The position numbers were made by a program, and so were the translations under genes. Of a stretch of 64,000 nucleotides of DNA, positions 44,847-56,022 are shown one piece after another (the stretch's first letter is position 1; every line of letters starts with the position of its first letter). This DNA is from a virus. The stretch covers positions 5,977 through 69,976 of the IMG/VR virus record IMGVR_UViG_3300040809_001127; one strand, given 5' to 3'. A model generated the notes under the pieces. It saw only the letters and a program-made list of their open reading frames with translations, ran no database searches and had not been told where the DNA came from.

Positions 44847-46706
44847 ATGGCGACAAATTTAAATGTAACAGAATTAGACTTCGATCAAATTAAAAAGAAT
44901 CTTAAAAACTTTTTAAAGCAACAAAGTGAGTTTAATGATTATGATTTTGATGGCTCTGGTCTGAGTGTATTACTTGATGTATTAGCTTATAATACACATT
45001 ATAACGCAATGAATGCTCATTATTCCTTGAATGAAGCTTTTTTAGATTCAGCTCAAATTAGAGGTAATGTTGTTACAAGAGCAAAGTTACTTGGTTATAT
45101 ACCAAGATCTATTCTTTGCCCAAGAGCTACAGTAACTATTACTGTGGATGTATCTGATGTTGTGGGTACTAAGCCTGCTACAATTAATTTAAAGCGTGGT
45201 ACAAAATTAAAGTCAAATGTCGATGGTGAAGAATATAACTACCTTGTATTAAATACACAATCGGCTGAGTTATCTAATAACCAATATGTATTTAGCAATG
45301 TAACTCTTGTTGAAGGCGAATTAAGAGAATTAAAATTTAGAGTTGATAATGATATTGAGAATCAGAAATTTCAATTATCAGATTTTAATGCCGATACTTC
45401 TACATTAAGAGTAAGAGTACAAGAAAATGAAGAGTCTACATCATTTGATATTTACACGCAGTTTGAATCATTAAAAGATGTAACATCAACAACAAAGGTT
45501 TTCTATTTACAAGAAAATTCATCTGAATATTATGAAGTATATTTTGGTGATGGTATTACAGGTTTAAAGCCTTCCAATAATAATATTGTAACTTTAGATT
45601 ATATTATTACTGAAGGCTCAGAGTCTAATGGTGCTAGTGTATTTACAATGAATGATACTATTAATGGATATAGTAATATTGTAGTTACTACAAGTACTAA
45701 TTCACAGGGTGGTGATGATAGAGAAACAACTGAATCAATTAGATTTAACGCTCCTCTATCATTCGCATCTCAGAATCGTGCTGTTACTTCAGATGATTAT
45801 GCAACTATTATTAAAAATAGCTTTAGTAATATCGATTCTATTTCAACATGGGGTGGTGAAGATAATGATCCGCCTGATTATGGTAAGGCATACATTTCTG
45901 TCAAACCAATTACTGCTGATAAATTAACTGATGCTGAAAAGAATACAATTAAAGCATCAGTTTTACGTGGTAAGAATGTAGTATCAATTACACCTGAAAT
46001 TGTAGATCCGAGTTTTACAAATCTTGAATTAGATGTATTTGTAAAATATAATCCTAACCTTACTGATAGAGGTCCTGCTGAAATTACATCTGTAATTAGA
46101 GATACAATTTCGGATTATAACTTTAATAACCTGAATAAATTTGATGGTGTATTTAGGCATTCTCAACTTACGAGAAAGATTGATTCAGCCGACCCATCTA
46201 TTCAGAATAGTACTGTACGACCAAGAATGTTTCAAACAATTAATGCAAAAACAGATGTGAATCAAAATAATTTTACATTAAACTATGTTGAACCATTTTA
46301 TCAATCAGGTCAATCCACTGCGTTTGTATTAACAAGTACAGCATTTAAACTCAATACAAATGCTACTGAAGATCATTACATTGGTGATATACCAATTACT
46401 GGAGAATCTGAAAAAAGAAGATTAATTGTATATAAAATTGTTGCAGGTAGTAATATTACAGTATTAAATGATGTAGGTGAAATGGATGTGAGCAATGGTA
46501 AGTTAACATTACATTCATTTGCTGTAAATACAAATACAGATATTAGATTAACTGTTGTACCTAATTCATTAGACTTAGCACCAAGTAGAAATCAGTTATT
46601 ATCAATTGACTCTCAAAGAGTTAATATCACTCCTGAAATCGATACTATTTCGGTTGCTGGATCTGCTGGAGCAATTAACTATAACACGACAGCGAGAATT
46701 AAGTAA
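44847..46706 (+). CDS. gp6: Baseplate wedge subunit gp6
   Basis: LDFDQIK, FNDYDFDGSGLSVLLDVLAYNTHYNA, NEAFLDSA, QNRAVTSDDY, WGGEDNDPPDYGK. Confidence 0.93.
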   Translation: MATNLNVTELDFDQIKKNLKNFLKQQSEFNDYDFDGSGLSVLLDVLAYNTHYNAMNAHYSLNEAFLDSAQIRGNVVTRAKLLGYIPRSILCPRATVTITVDVSDVVGTKPATINLKRGTKLKSNVDGEEYNYLVLNTQSAELSNNQYVFSNVTLVEGELRELKFRVDNDIENQKFQLSDFNADTSTLRVRVQENEESTSFDIYTQFESLKDVTSTTKVFYLQENSSEYYEVYFGDGITGLKPSNNNIVTLDYIITEGSESNGASVFTMNDTINGYSNIVVTTSTNSQGGDDRETTESIRFNAPLSFASQNRAVTSDDYATIIKNSFSNIDSISTWGGEDNDPPDYGKAYISVKPITADKLTDAEKNTIKASVLRGKNVVSITPEIVDPSFTNLELDVFVKYNPNLTDRGPAEITSVIRDTISDYNFNNLNKFDGVFRHSQLTRKIDSADPSIQNSTVRPRMFQTINAKTDVNQNNFTLNYVEPFYQSGQSTAFVLTSTAFKLNTNATEDHYIGDIPITGESEKRRLIVYKIVAGSNITVLNDVGEMDVSNGKLTLHSFAVNTNTDIRLTVVPNSLDLAPSRNQLLSIDSQRVNITPEIDTISVAGSAGAINYNTTARIK

Positions 46707-48838
46707 TGTCTCATCAAAAGAGTTTTTCACACGGTCATATTGAGGAAGATAAAAGTACTCTCAGGCAGACGAAAGAAGATATTCGTCTTGACTCTCTTAT
46801 ACCTAGTGAAATCTTTGATGATAAAGAACAACTTAAATTATTTTTAGAAAAATATTATCAATACATGAACCAAGATGAGTTTCAGTATCTTGAAACTGAA
46901 ACATTTACGGATATTGTATTAGATGATAAAGCAACTTTTAGAGTATCAGATCCTGAAAATAATAATGACCATTTTTTTACTGATGAAACTGGTGGTAGTT
47001 CTACATTAGTTGTAACAGATGCAGATAATATATCGACAACAATACCTTTATCTGCAACTAATATTACGATTTCTAATGGTAATGAATTACCTGGTAGTTT
47101 AGCAGATAGTACATCAGATATTGGTAAGACATTAACTGTATCTGGACTTTCAGCACATAATACAAAGAGTGCTAAACTTACAACACCTATTACATATTGG
47201 GTAGGTCCTGGTCCATCATATGTTTTAAATGAAATTGAAAGACATTTAGATATTGATGAGAACGATCAAAACTACTTGGAGTTAATGCAAAAAGAAATTG
47301 CTCCTATTGTACCAAGAAATATATTAGTTAATAAAAGAACATTGTATAAGCAGTTTATTGATTTCTATAAATTGCGTGGTACATCAGACTCAATTGAAAT
47401 TTTCTTTAGAATTCTTTTTAATGATGATGTTGAAGTAAGTTATCCTTATGACAAAACACTTATACCTTCATCTGGTAATTGGGAAGTCGATGCTGCATTA
47501 CCTAAGGGTGGTATCTATTTGGATAAAAAAGGTTTTTTATCTGATGATATTAAAGTACAAGACAGTTTAAGATATCAAAAATTTAGTTATGTAATTAAAT
47601 CTGGTACTAATATTTCTGATTGGGATTTAGTATTTAATCGATTAGTTCACCCGGCTGGATTTAAATATTTTGCAGAAATCTTATTGTTAATACAACTTAT
47701 TAATGTTGAAACTGTTAACAATAGAAAAACATTACCTCAGGTAATCCCAGGGACGACGTTAGAATTATTATCGGCAATGCCATTCCAAGTACCTGGTGTG
47801 ATTGGTGTAGAAGACTTACCTGTACTTGTTGAAGCATTTGCTTCTTCATTTACACCTGGTGTTACAGCAAATAGAGGAAGACCAGCCAGATTCTCAATTA
47901 CACTTAATAATACAGGTGGAGTAGAGAGTATAGATATTATTGATAAAGGTTTTGGTTATCTTACTGCTCCAACACTTACATTTAATGGAGAAGGTTCAAG
48001 TATTGTAGAACCAGTTATTGATTTAGGTACGTTGACTTCAGACGGTGAAATTGAAGTTGATAATATTTCTATTACAAGTGCTGGTTCAGGATATACACAG
48101 TTATTTGTAACTGCTTCTAATCCAGTTGATGCTCAAAATAATTCAGTTGTTGGTAAAATTGTAAGTCTTAAATTGCATGGTTTAGCAAATAAGATATTCA
48201 ATACTGCACCTACAATTAGATTTGCTGAACCAGAAGAAGTAGACGCATTAGGTAATCTTATTGGTACTGACGCTGCAGCAACTTTTTCAATTGCTCCTAA
48301 TGATGTATTATATACAGCTCAAGAAGAAGCAGATGATTTATTATTACCAGAAGGACTAAGAGTTGGAGCAATTGAAGGTCAAGTTAAAATAAATGAAGGA
48401 GAAATAACAGGGGTAAATATAGATAATGCTGGTTCAGGATATATTCGAGATCCTCAATTATTCTTTACAACAGGATCGCAAAACGAGCAGAGAGTAAAAG
48501 AACAAAAATTAAAGAGAATTTTAAGTTTAAATCATACCGAAGTAGAAGATATTATTACTGAGGTAAAGGTAAATCCAGTACAAGCAACAGGAAGTATATT
48601 AACAAGTACTGGTAATCCAGATAAATTTTTACAAGAACATAGAGTCAAAGTAGTCAATCCAGCATATAGGACAATTGAAGACAATGGCTACTATGAAAGA
48701 AAAGGAGACGAGTTTTTTAATAGTCAACGCCTATATAATATAGGTTACTCAATTGACTTTTTTGGGTCACAAGAGTTACAAAACGTCGAGTCAGCTGTTA
48801 TAAATAACTATAACACTAATTCGTTTATAGGCACATAA
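46706..48838 (+). CDS. gp7: Baseplate wedge initiator gp7-like
   Basis: FLEKYYQYM, FYKLRGT..SIEIFFRILF, QDSLRYQKFSYVI, VHPAGF; between gp6 and gp8. Confidence 0.78.
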   Translation: MSHQKSFSHGHIEEDKSTLRQTKEDIRLDSLIPSEIFDDKEQLKLFLEKYYQYMNQDEFQYLETETFTDIVLDDKATFRVSDPENNNDHFFTDETGGSSTLVVTDADNISTTIPLSATNITISNGNELPGSLADSTSDIGKTLTVSGLSAHNTKSAKLTTPITYWVGPGPSYVLNEIERHLDIDENDQNYLELMQKEIAPIVPRNILVNKRTLYKQFIDFYKLRGTSDSIEIFFRILFNDDVEVSYPYDKTLIPSSGNWEVDAALPKGGIYLDKKGFLSDDIKVQDSLRYQKFSYVIKSGTNISDWDLVFNRLVHPAGFKYFAEILLLIQLINVETVNNRKTLPQVIPGTTLELLSAMPFQVPGVIGVEDLPVLVEAFASSFTPGVTANRGRPARFSITLNNTGGVESIDIIDKGFGYLTAPTLTFNGEGSSIVEPVIDLGTLTSDGEIEVDNISITSAGSGYTQLFVTASNPVDAQNNSVVGKIVSLKLHGLANKIFNTAPTIRFAEPEEVDALGNLIGTDAAATFSIAPNDVLYTAQEEADDLLLPEGLRVGAIEGQVKINEGEITGVNIDNAGSGYIRDPQLFFTTGSQNEQRVKEQKLKRILSLNHTEVEDIITEVKVNPVQATGSILTSTGNPDKFLQEHRVKVVNPAYRTIEDNGYYERKGDEFFNSQRLYNIGYSIDFFGSQELQNVESAVINNYNTNSFIGT
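48799..48806 (+). promoter_or_regulatory. T4-type late promoter
   Basis: TATAAATA 44 nt upstream of gp8. Confidence 0.6.
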
Positions 48839-48850
48839 CGGGAAAATAAT

Positions 48851-50449
48851 ATGACAGCAATAGTAAGTTCAAATTTCAGAGTTCTGAACGCAGAAAATTT
48901 TAGAGAAGACGTTCAAGAATCAAGTGTGTATGTGAGTGTTGGTAAATCCGATGCATGGTCTAATACGATCAGCGATACAACAGATACAACACCCTTTAAT
49001 CCACTTGATACATTAGACGCTCTTGGAGAAGCAAGGCAGAATATGTTAGGTCTTAAAAAGATCTCTTCTGCTGAGGTATCTCATATCGTACCAAGACATA
49101 ACTGGACATCAGGTAGAAGCTACGTGGCTTGGGATTCCAACGATCCAGATATTTTTGATAAACAATTTTATATTATCACAACAGAGTTTAAAGTTTATAA
49201 GTGTATCATTGCTGGTACAGGTGGTTCTATTATTCAACCAACACAAACTTTAACAGCTCCTACAGCAGAATCTGATGGATACACATGGAAATACATGTAT
49301 ACAGTTTCTGTTGCTGATTCTGAAAAGTTCCTAACAAATAGTTATATGCCCGTTAAAACTGTTTCTCTTGGAGCTTCTGCTATTGTTGCAGCTGGAGTAT
49401 CTAGTAGCACAGAAGTAGTTCTTACAGAATCAAATGTAAATATATTAACAGGGATGGAAGTATCAGGATCTGGTATTTCGGGAACACCGACTGTATCTAG
49501 TATTTCTGGATCTGTACTTACTCTTTCTACAGCTCAAACACTATCAAGTAATACTGTTTTAAGTTTTTCATTCCCTAATGATGCTGCTGCTGAAGCTGTT
49601 TTATCAGAAGCAGATTATGCTCAATATCTAAACCAAAAAGCTTCTAAAGATTTTAACAAAGCTGCAGGTATTGAAAGAATTGAAGTAACAGCTGGCGGAT
49701 CTGGTTATGATGCTGCTGATAACTTCACAGTAACAATTACTGGTGATGGTACTGGTGCTACAGTTGTAGATGCTGGTGTTACTGTTTCTGGTGGAGCTAT
49801 TTCTACTATTGTACTTAATGACAAAGGAACAGATTATACAGTCGCTGATATTGTAATTTCTTCTGATGGATCTGGTCAAGATGCTACAGCAAGAGCTGTT
49901 ATTTCTCCAAGAAATGGTCATGGTGTTGACCCAGTAAAAGAACTTGGCGCATTCTTTGTTGCATTGAATACACAATTAGATGGTTCAGTAAACGGTGACA
50001 TTACAGTAGGTAATGATTTTAGACAAGTTATGTTATTAAAAGAACCAAGAGAATACAATGCAACTCCAGATGGTGGTAAGGTTGCAACCGCTGATTCTCT
50101 TAAAGCATTAGGCTATTTAGATGTTACTGGTAGTATTGCTTCTTTCCAAGTTGATGAAGTAATTACTGGTGGAACATCTGGAGCTAAAGCATTTATTGCT
50201 GAAAAGGATGCAGGTACAGGTTACATTTACTATTATCAAAATGCAAAAACTGGTTATGGTACTTTTGTAAATAACGAAACAATTACTGGTGGAACATCAA
50301 ACGCAACAACTCAAACTGAGGCTGCAAATGGTGTAAATGATCCAGAAGTAGAAAAACAAAGTGGTACAGTTTTATTCTTAGAAAATAGAACACCTATTGA
50401 TAGAACTGCAACTCAGATTGAAGATATTAAATTAATATTAGAATTCTAA
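48851..50449 (+). CDS. gp8: Baseplate wedge subunit gp8
   Basis: FRVLNAENF, VPRHNWTSG, FKVYKCI, DGYTWKYMY, NDFRQV, ENRTPIDR..QIEDIKLILEF. Confidence 0.88.
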   Translation: MTAIVSSNFRVLNAENFREDVQESSVYVSVGKSDAWSNTISDTTDTTPFNPLDTLDALGEARQNMLGLKKISSAEVSHIVPRHNWTSGRSYVAWDSNDPDIFDKQFYIITTEFKVYKCIIAGTGGSIIQPTQTLTAPTAESDGYTWKYMYTVSVADSEKFLTNSYMPVKTVSLGASAIVAAGVSSSTEVVLTESNVNILTGMEVSGSGISGTPTVSSISGSVLTLSTAQTLSSNTVLSFSFPNDAAAEAVLSEADYAQYLNQKASKDFNKAAGIERIEVTAGGSGYDAADNFTVTITGDGTGATVVDAGVTVSGGAISTIVLNDKGTDYTVADIVISSDGSGQDATARAVISPRNGHGVDPVKELGAFFVALNTQLDGSVNGDITVGNDFRQVMLLKEPREYNATPDGGKVATADSLKALGYLDVTGSIASFQVDEVITGGTSGAKAFIAEKDAGTGYIYYYQNAKTGYGTFVNNETITGGTSNATTQTEAANGVNDPEVEKQSGTVLFLENRTPIDRTATQIEDIKLILEF

Positions 50450-50478
50450 TATAGATAGAATATTAGGTAAAAAAATTT

Positions 50479-53400
50479 ATGGCTACTACAATTATTAAGA
50501 ATTATTCGAATGCACCTTACTATGATGATTTTGATGAAACAAAAAACTTTCATCGAATTCTTTTTAGACCAGGTTATTCTGTACAGGCAAGAGAGTTAAC
50601 TCAGATACAAACTCTTTTACAAGCTCAAATAGACAGATTTGGTCAATATAACTTTAAAGATGGATCTCGAGTTGTAAATGGTAAGGCAACGGTAGATGTT
50701 GAATTTGATTTTGTAAAAATTGAATCTGCATTTACTCATAGTGTTGGTGGTGCTTTAAACACTGACACATATCTTAATAGTTTAGTTGGCACAACAATTA
50801 CAGGTGCTACAAGTGGAGTAAAAGCAAAGGTTCTTTCCGTAGTTGCTGCTGAAGGTAGCGATCCTAATACACTTTACGTAAAATATACTGACTCAGGAAA
50901 TAATAACAATAATCAAACATTTACTGGAGCTGAAGAATTATCTAATGATGGTTCTCCTACTCTATATGCAAAAGTAAAACCAACTTCAGATGTTCCTACA
51001 GGTCAAGGATCTGCTGTTCATATTGAAGAAGGTGTATATTTTATTGCAGGTAATTTTATTTTTGTACCTGCTGGAACACTAGTATTAGACAAATACACTA
51101 ACACACCTAATTATATCGTAGGTTTAAAAGTAACAGAAGAAGTTATTGATTCTGCATCTGATACTTCATTATTAGATAACGCTCAAGGCGTACCTAATAC
51201 TGCAGCTCCTGGAGCAACAAGATATAAGATAGGTACTCAATTAGTAAAAGGACCATTAGAATTAGGTTCTAGAACTGAAGCAAGTTTTATTACATTACTT
51301 GTAATTACTGAAGGTAAAACACAAGTTGATAAGACTGATAAAACTCTTGGAACAGAATTATCTGATAGATTAGCTCGAAGAACTTATGAAGAAAGTGGTG
51401 ATTACACAGTTGAACCATTTGTTGTAAATGTAAAAGAATATTTTAATAATGGTTCTAACAATGGTTTTAAAACGGCAAGTGAAATTGTAGCTGATGGAGA
51501 CGCTGCAAATACTTCAGATGCTGAAACATTTGGTAAGGATAGATTATTAGTATCTATCGAGCCTGGTGTTGCTTATGTTAAAGGTTATCGTATACAAAAC
51601 TTTGCAAGTAAGCAAGTAATTGTAGAAAAACCTCGTGGAGCCGATGCTACTAACTCAGAAAATGGTGCACAAAGAACTCTTAATGTAGGTAACTATGTAA
51701 AAGTTAATTCAGCAAGCATGCAAGGTGTTCCTGACGTTAATGACTTTTCTACTGTAACTCTTTATACAAATACAATTGCTCAAGGACAATCAACTAATGT
51801 TGGTACTGCAAGAGTAAGAAACATTTTAGACGATGCTGCGTCTGGCGTAAAGAGATTATATCTTTTCGATATTGAAATGACTAGTGGTTCGTTTAGTGCA
51901 GTAAAATCTGTAAAACAAACTGTAGCTTTACCTGGTGAAACACAATTTAGAGCAGATATTAATGGTGTAGCACAATTATTTGATGTAGGTAATAATGGAC
52001 TTATATTTAAATTACCTTACAACGCTGTAAAATCTACAAGATCTATTGGTAACCCTGCAGCTTCGGATATTGTATATGAAGTAAAACAAAAATTTGTTGC
52101 TGATGGTTCTTCTGGTACTGCAACAATTACTCTTGCTGTAGGTTCAGGAGCGTTCACTGATTTTAATAATGCATTTGTATATGCAAATGTCGGTGGAACA
52201 CCTCAAACAGTACAAATTGGATCTAATACAAATTACTATTCATTAATTGATAATAACAGAACAGTACAATTAAATGTAACTACTATTTTTGGTGGTGGTA
52301 GTACTGATGTTCAATTAATTGCAACCGTACAAAAATCTGGTATTTTAGAAAAAACAAAATCAGTAAATGGCGGTGCAGCTTCTGGTACAGTAAGCGTAAC
52401 GGGATCTTTAACAAGCGGCGAATTATCATTAGAGAAAGCTGATATTAAAGAGTTAATTTCTATTACTGATGCTAATGGTACAGATATTACTTCAAGATTT
52501 ATTCTTGACAATGGCCAACGTGATAACTTTTACGATGTTGGTAAAGTAATTCTTAAACCTGGATTTACAGTATCTGGTAATATTACAGTAACCTTTGACT
52601 ATTATGGTCATGGCGCTGGTGATTACTTTACAGTTGATTCATATCCTCAAGAAGATTATGATACCATTTATAGTTTTGGTAGTTTACAAGGATTAGTTAA
52701 TTTAAGAGATTGTATTGACTTTAGACCGAGAAAAGATGACACTGGCGCAAACTTTACAGGGACTGGTTCTTCTAGTCCACAAGCACCAGCAAATGGTCAA
52801 GTGTTAGCAACAGATATCGAATATTACATGCCTCGTATTGATAAGTTAATCATTACGAGAAAAGGAGAATACACAACAGAAATTGGTGTACCTGATGAAA
52901 ATCCTCAGGCTCCTAAAACACCTGATGACGCAATGGCAATCTATAATTTAAGATTAAGTCCTTATGTCTTTGGTGTATCTGAAGTAAAACCACAGATTCT
53001 AGATAATCGCAGATATACAATGAGAGATATTGGCGATTTAGATAATAGAATTAAGAATTTAGAGTATTATACTTCTTTATCATTATTAGAACAATCTGCA
53101 GCTGACGTAGAATTGTTTGATAGTGGCGGTTTCTCTAGATTAAAAAATGGATTTATTGTTGATGGTTTCCATGGACATAATGTAGGTAATCCTGCAGATC
53201 CAGAATACGCTGTTTCTATTGATAAACAAGCAGGTCTGTTAAGACCTAAGTTTGATGAAAGAAATGTTAACTTAATTAGAAAGGCTGGTGATGTAGGTGC
53301 TGGTTCTAGTATTGTAAATAATGCTGGTATGGTAACATTGCCATTTACACAAACTAATTATATTAATCAACCATATGCGTCTACTTCAATTAATGTTAAT

Positions 53401-55812
53401 CCTTACAATGTATTTAGTTGGGGTGGTACAGTTGAACTTTCTCCAGATAGTGATGAGTGGAAAGATGTAGATGTAAGACCTACAGTTACTATTGATGATT
53501 CTTCTAGTTATGATCAGTTTGCGTCAATGGCTGAAGAAACTGGTATATTAGGTACAGTTTGGAACGAGTGGGAAACTAACTGGACTGGTAGAGATGTTGA
53601 TGTTCAAACTAATACTGTGCGCGCAGTAGGTAGGAGAGATAACGATTTTTGGTGGGATGTAAACGAATTTGGAGATCGTGATGCATTCCCTCTAGGTAGA
53701 GGAGGTAGGATTGGAAGAACAACGACTACTACAACTACTACAACTACAAACCAATCTAGAACAGGTTTAAGAACAGATATTGCATTTGATACAGTAACAA
53801 GATCGAATGGAAAGAGAGTGGTTGAAGTTAACTTTGTACCATTTATCAGATCTAGGAAAATATTCTTTAAAGCAGAATTATTAAAGCCTAATACAAGAGT
53901 ATATGCATTCTTTGATGGTGTTGATGTATCTTCATTTGTAAGAGAAGAAGCGTTTGTAGAATTTAGTTCTAGAAGTGGAGTTACAACTTATGAAAATCAA
54001 AGTAGTCACCCAGATGGAGCTGCTAACTTAGTAAGTGATGCATCAGGATCTATTGAAGGTTCGTTTGTTATACCAAGAACAAGCGCATTAAAGTTTGCTA
54101 CTGGTGTAAGAGAATTTAGACTTTCTGATAGTTCAACAAATAATAAGTCTTCAGAAACTACATTTGCTGAAGCCTCTTATCATGCTCAAGGATTAAAAGA
54201 GTCTGTTGAAGAAACAGTTGTATCAACTAAAGTTCCAAGATTAGTAAGATCTGAATTAAACGACGATAGAACATTACTTGATACTAATGTTTCTCAAACA
54301 ACTACATGGATTGACCCAGTTGCTGAAACTATTCTTATCGATCAAGAAGGTGGACTCTTTGTAAAATCTGCTGATATATATTTTGCAACTAAAGATGCAA
54401 ATATACCTGTAAGACTTACAATTAGAACAACTGAAAATGGTATACCTACTCAGAAAATTGTACCTGGTGCTGATAAAATTTTATATCCAGCTAATGTAAA
54501 TGTATCTAGTGATTCTACTTCAGCTACAAATTTTGAATTTGATTACCCAGTATATTTAGCGCAAGATCAAGAATACGCAATTGTACTTACATCTCAATCT
54601 GATGGTTATGAAGTATATATCGCTGAAATGGGTGGATTTGATTTAGCAAATACTACATTTAGAATTATTAAGCAACCTTATGGTGGTGTATTCTTTACTT
54701 CTCAAAATGCTTCTACATGGACTCCTGAGCAAAGTAAAGATCTTAAGTTTAAATTAAATAGATGTCAATTTACAATTAATGGTAGCTCATCTGCAAGATC
54801 TATTAATTTCTCAAATGATACATTACCGGCAATAAGATTAATTGATAATCCATTCACAACAACAAGTGGTTCTGGTGTAATTACTATTACTCATAAAAAT
54901 CATGGTATGTATGATTCAGTTTCTAGAGTAACAATTAGCAACGCATTAGATACTAATGGAATTTCAGCTGCCAATATAAATGGTACTCATACAATAGGTA
55001 ATATCAAACATGACAGTTATACGATTACTGCAAGTAACTCTGATACTGCTTCTGCTACTGGTGCTGGCGGCGGGCAAAATGTAAAAGCTACTGAAAATAG
55101 ACATGTCGATGTTATGTATCCTGTAGTAAGTGAAGTGCAAGTACCTGGTACATCTGCATCTTATTTTGCTACAATGAGAACAACTCAAAGTTTTAGTGGA
55201 ACAGAATCAGCCTATCAAGTTACAGATGAATTCCAAGTTTTACCAAATAAAAACTATACGTTCACAGCGCCAAAAATGATTGGTTCTGAAACTCAAGAAA
55301 CAGCTCACATGGGTGGTAATAAATCGTTTAATCTAAGAGCAGTCTTAAGTAGTACAAGCGATTTCTTATCTCCTGTAATAGATATGACTAACTTAAGTGT
55401 ACACACTATTCAAAATATTATTACTTCGGAAACTAATACATCTACAAGTGAAGAAGTAATTAGAGGTGGCTTAGGTGTTGCAAGATATATTACAAAGAAA
55501 GTTGAATTAAATGAAGAAGCAGATATTGCAAATGTTTATCTCAATGTAAATAGACCTGGACCATCAAATGTGTTCTTATATTATAGAGCGTTGCCTGGTG
55601 GATCTGGACAAAATATTGAAGATATTGCCTTTACTATCGCATTACCTGAAGGTGGTTCAATACCAGTTAATGAAAGAACGTTTGAAGAAGTTAAATATGA
55701 AATTGATCCTGCAGGTACATTTGGTACCATACAGTTTAAGATTGTATTAACATCAACAAACTCTTCAGCTGTACCGAAAGTAAAAGATTTTAGAGCAATA
55801 TGTGCAACATAG
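50479..55812 (+). CDS. Large virion structural protein (VrlC/DUF4815-like)
   Basis: APYYDDFD..FHRILFRPGYSVQARELTQIQ, LARRTYEESGDY, LEYYTSLSLLE, DPVAET. Confidence 0.8.
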   Translation: MATTIIKNYSNAPYYDDFDETKNFHRILFRPGYSVQARELTQIQTLLQAQIDRFGQYNFKDGSRVVNGKATVDVEFDFVKIESAFTHSVGGALNTDTYLNSLVGTTITGATSGVKAKVLSVVAAEGSDPNTLYVKYTDSGNNNNNQTFTGAEELSNDGSPTLYAKVKPTSDVPTGQGSAVHIEEGVYFIAGNFIFVPAGTLVLDKYTNTPNYIVGLKVTEEVIDSASDTSLLDNAQGVPNTAAPGATRYKIGTQLVKGPLELGSRTEASFITLLVITEGKTQVDKTDKTLGTELSDRLARRTYEESGDYTVEPFVVNVKEYFNNGSNNGFKTASEIVADGDAANTSDAETFGKDRLLVSIEPGVAYVKGYRIQNFASKQVIVEKPRGADATNSENGAQRTLNVGNYVKVNSASMQGVPDVNDFSTVTLYTNTIAQGQSTNVGTARVRNILDDAASGVKRLYLFDIEMTSGSFSAVKSVKQTVALPGETQFRADINGVAQLFDVGNNGLIFKLPYNAVKSTRSIGNPAASDIVYEVKQKFVADGSSGTATITLAVGSGAFTDFNNAFVYANVGGTPQTVQIGSNTNYYSLIDNNRTVQLNVTTIFGGGSTDVQLIATVQKSGILEKTKSVNGGAASGTVSVTGSLTSGELSLEKADIKELISITDANGTDITSRFILDNGQRDNFYDVGKVILKPGFTVSGNITVTFDYYGHGAGDYFTVDSYPQEDYDTIYSFGSLQGLVNLRDCIDFRPRKDDTGANFTGTGSSSPQAPANGQVLATDIEYYMPRIDKLIITRKGEYTTEIGVPDENPQAPKTPDDAMAIYNLRLSPYVFGVSEVKPQILDNRRYTMRDIGDLDNRIKNLEYYTSLSLLEQSAADVELFDSGGFSRLKNGFIVDGFHGHNVGNPADPEYAVSIDKQAGLLRPKFDERNVNLIRKAGDVGAGSSIVNNAGMVTLPFTQTNYINQPYASTSINVNPYNVFSWGGTVELSPDSDEWKDVDVRPTVTIDDSSSYDQFASMAEETGILGTVWNEWETNWTGRDVDVQTNTVRAVGRRDNDFWWDVNEFGDRDAFPLGRGGRIGRTTTTTTTTTTNQSRTGLRTDIAFDTVTRSNGKRVVEVNFVPFIRSRKIFFKAELLKPNTRVYAFFDGVDVSSFVREEAFVEFSSRSGVTTYENQSSHPDGAANLVSDASGSIEGSFVIPRTSALKFATGVREFRLSDSSTNNKSSETTFAEASYHAQGLKESVEETVVSTKVPRLVRSELNDDRTLLDTNVSQTTTWIDPVAETILIDQEGGLFVKSADIYFATKDANIPVRLTIRTTENGIPTQKIVPGADKILYPANVNVSSDSTSATNFEFDYPVYLAQDQEYAIVLTSQSDGYEVYIAEMGGFDLANTTFRIIKQPYGGVFFTSQNASTWTPEQSKDLKFKLNRCQFTINGSSSARSINFSNDTLPAIRLIDNPFTTTSGSGVITITHKNHGMYDSVSRVTISNALDTNGISAANINGTHTIGNIKHDSYTITASNSDTASATGAGGGQNVKATENRHVDVMYPVVSEVQVPGTSASYFATMRTTQSFSGTESAYQVTDEFQVLPNKNYTFTAPKMIGSETQETAHMGGNKSFNLRAVLSSTSDFLSPVIDMTNLSVHTIQNIITSETNTSTSEEVIRGGLGVARYITKKVELNEEADIANVYLNVNRPGPSNVFLYYRALPGGSGQNIEDIAFTIALPEGGSIPVNERTFEEVKYEIDPAGTFGTIQFKIVLTSTNSSAVPKVKDFRAICAT

Positions 55813-55821
55813 GAAATTAAA

Positions 55822-56022
55822 ATGCCGAGAAGAAAAAAAGTTGATGATTTACCTGATTTCGAAAAAGATTCAGTTACTCAAGCTGTTATAAATACTAATA
55901 GTACAGCATTTATAAATCGTAGAGAGCAAATGGCTAAGTTAGCTGATAAAGACGCTCGAATTGATAGATTAGAAAATGATATTGCTGAACTTAAAAAACT
56001 AGTAAAAGGGTTAACTAAATAA
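55822..56022 (+). CDS. Small conserved virion-associated protein
   Basis: AGGA RBS; KDSVTQAVINTN then coiled coil; TATAAATA at 55887. Confidence 0.65.
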   Translation: MPRRKKVDDLPDFEKDSVTQAVINTNSTAFINRREQMAKLADKDARIDRLENDIAELKKLVKGLTK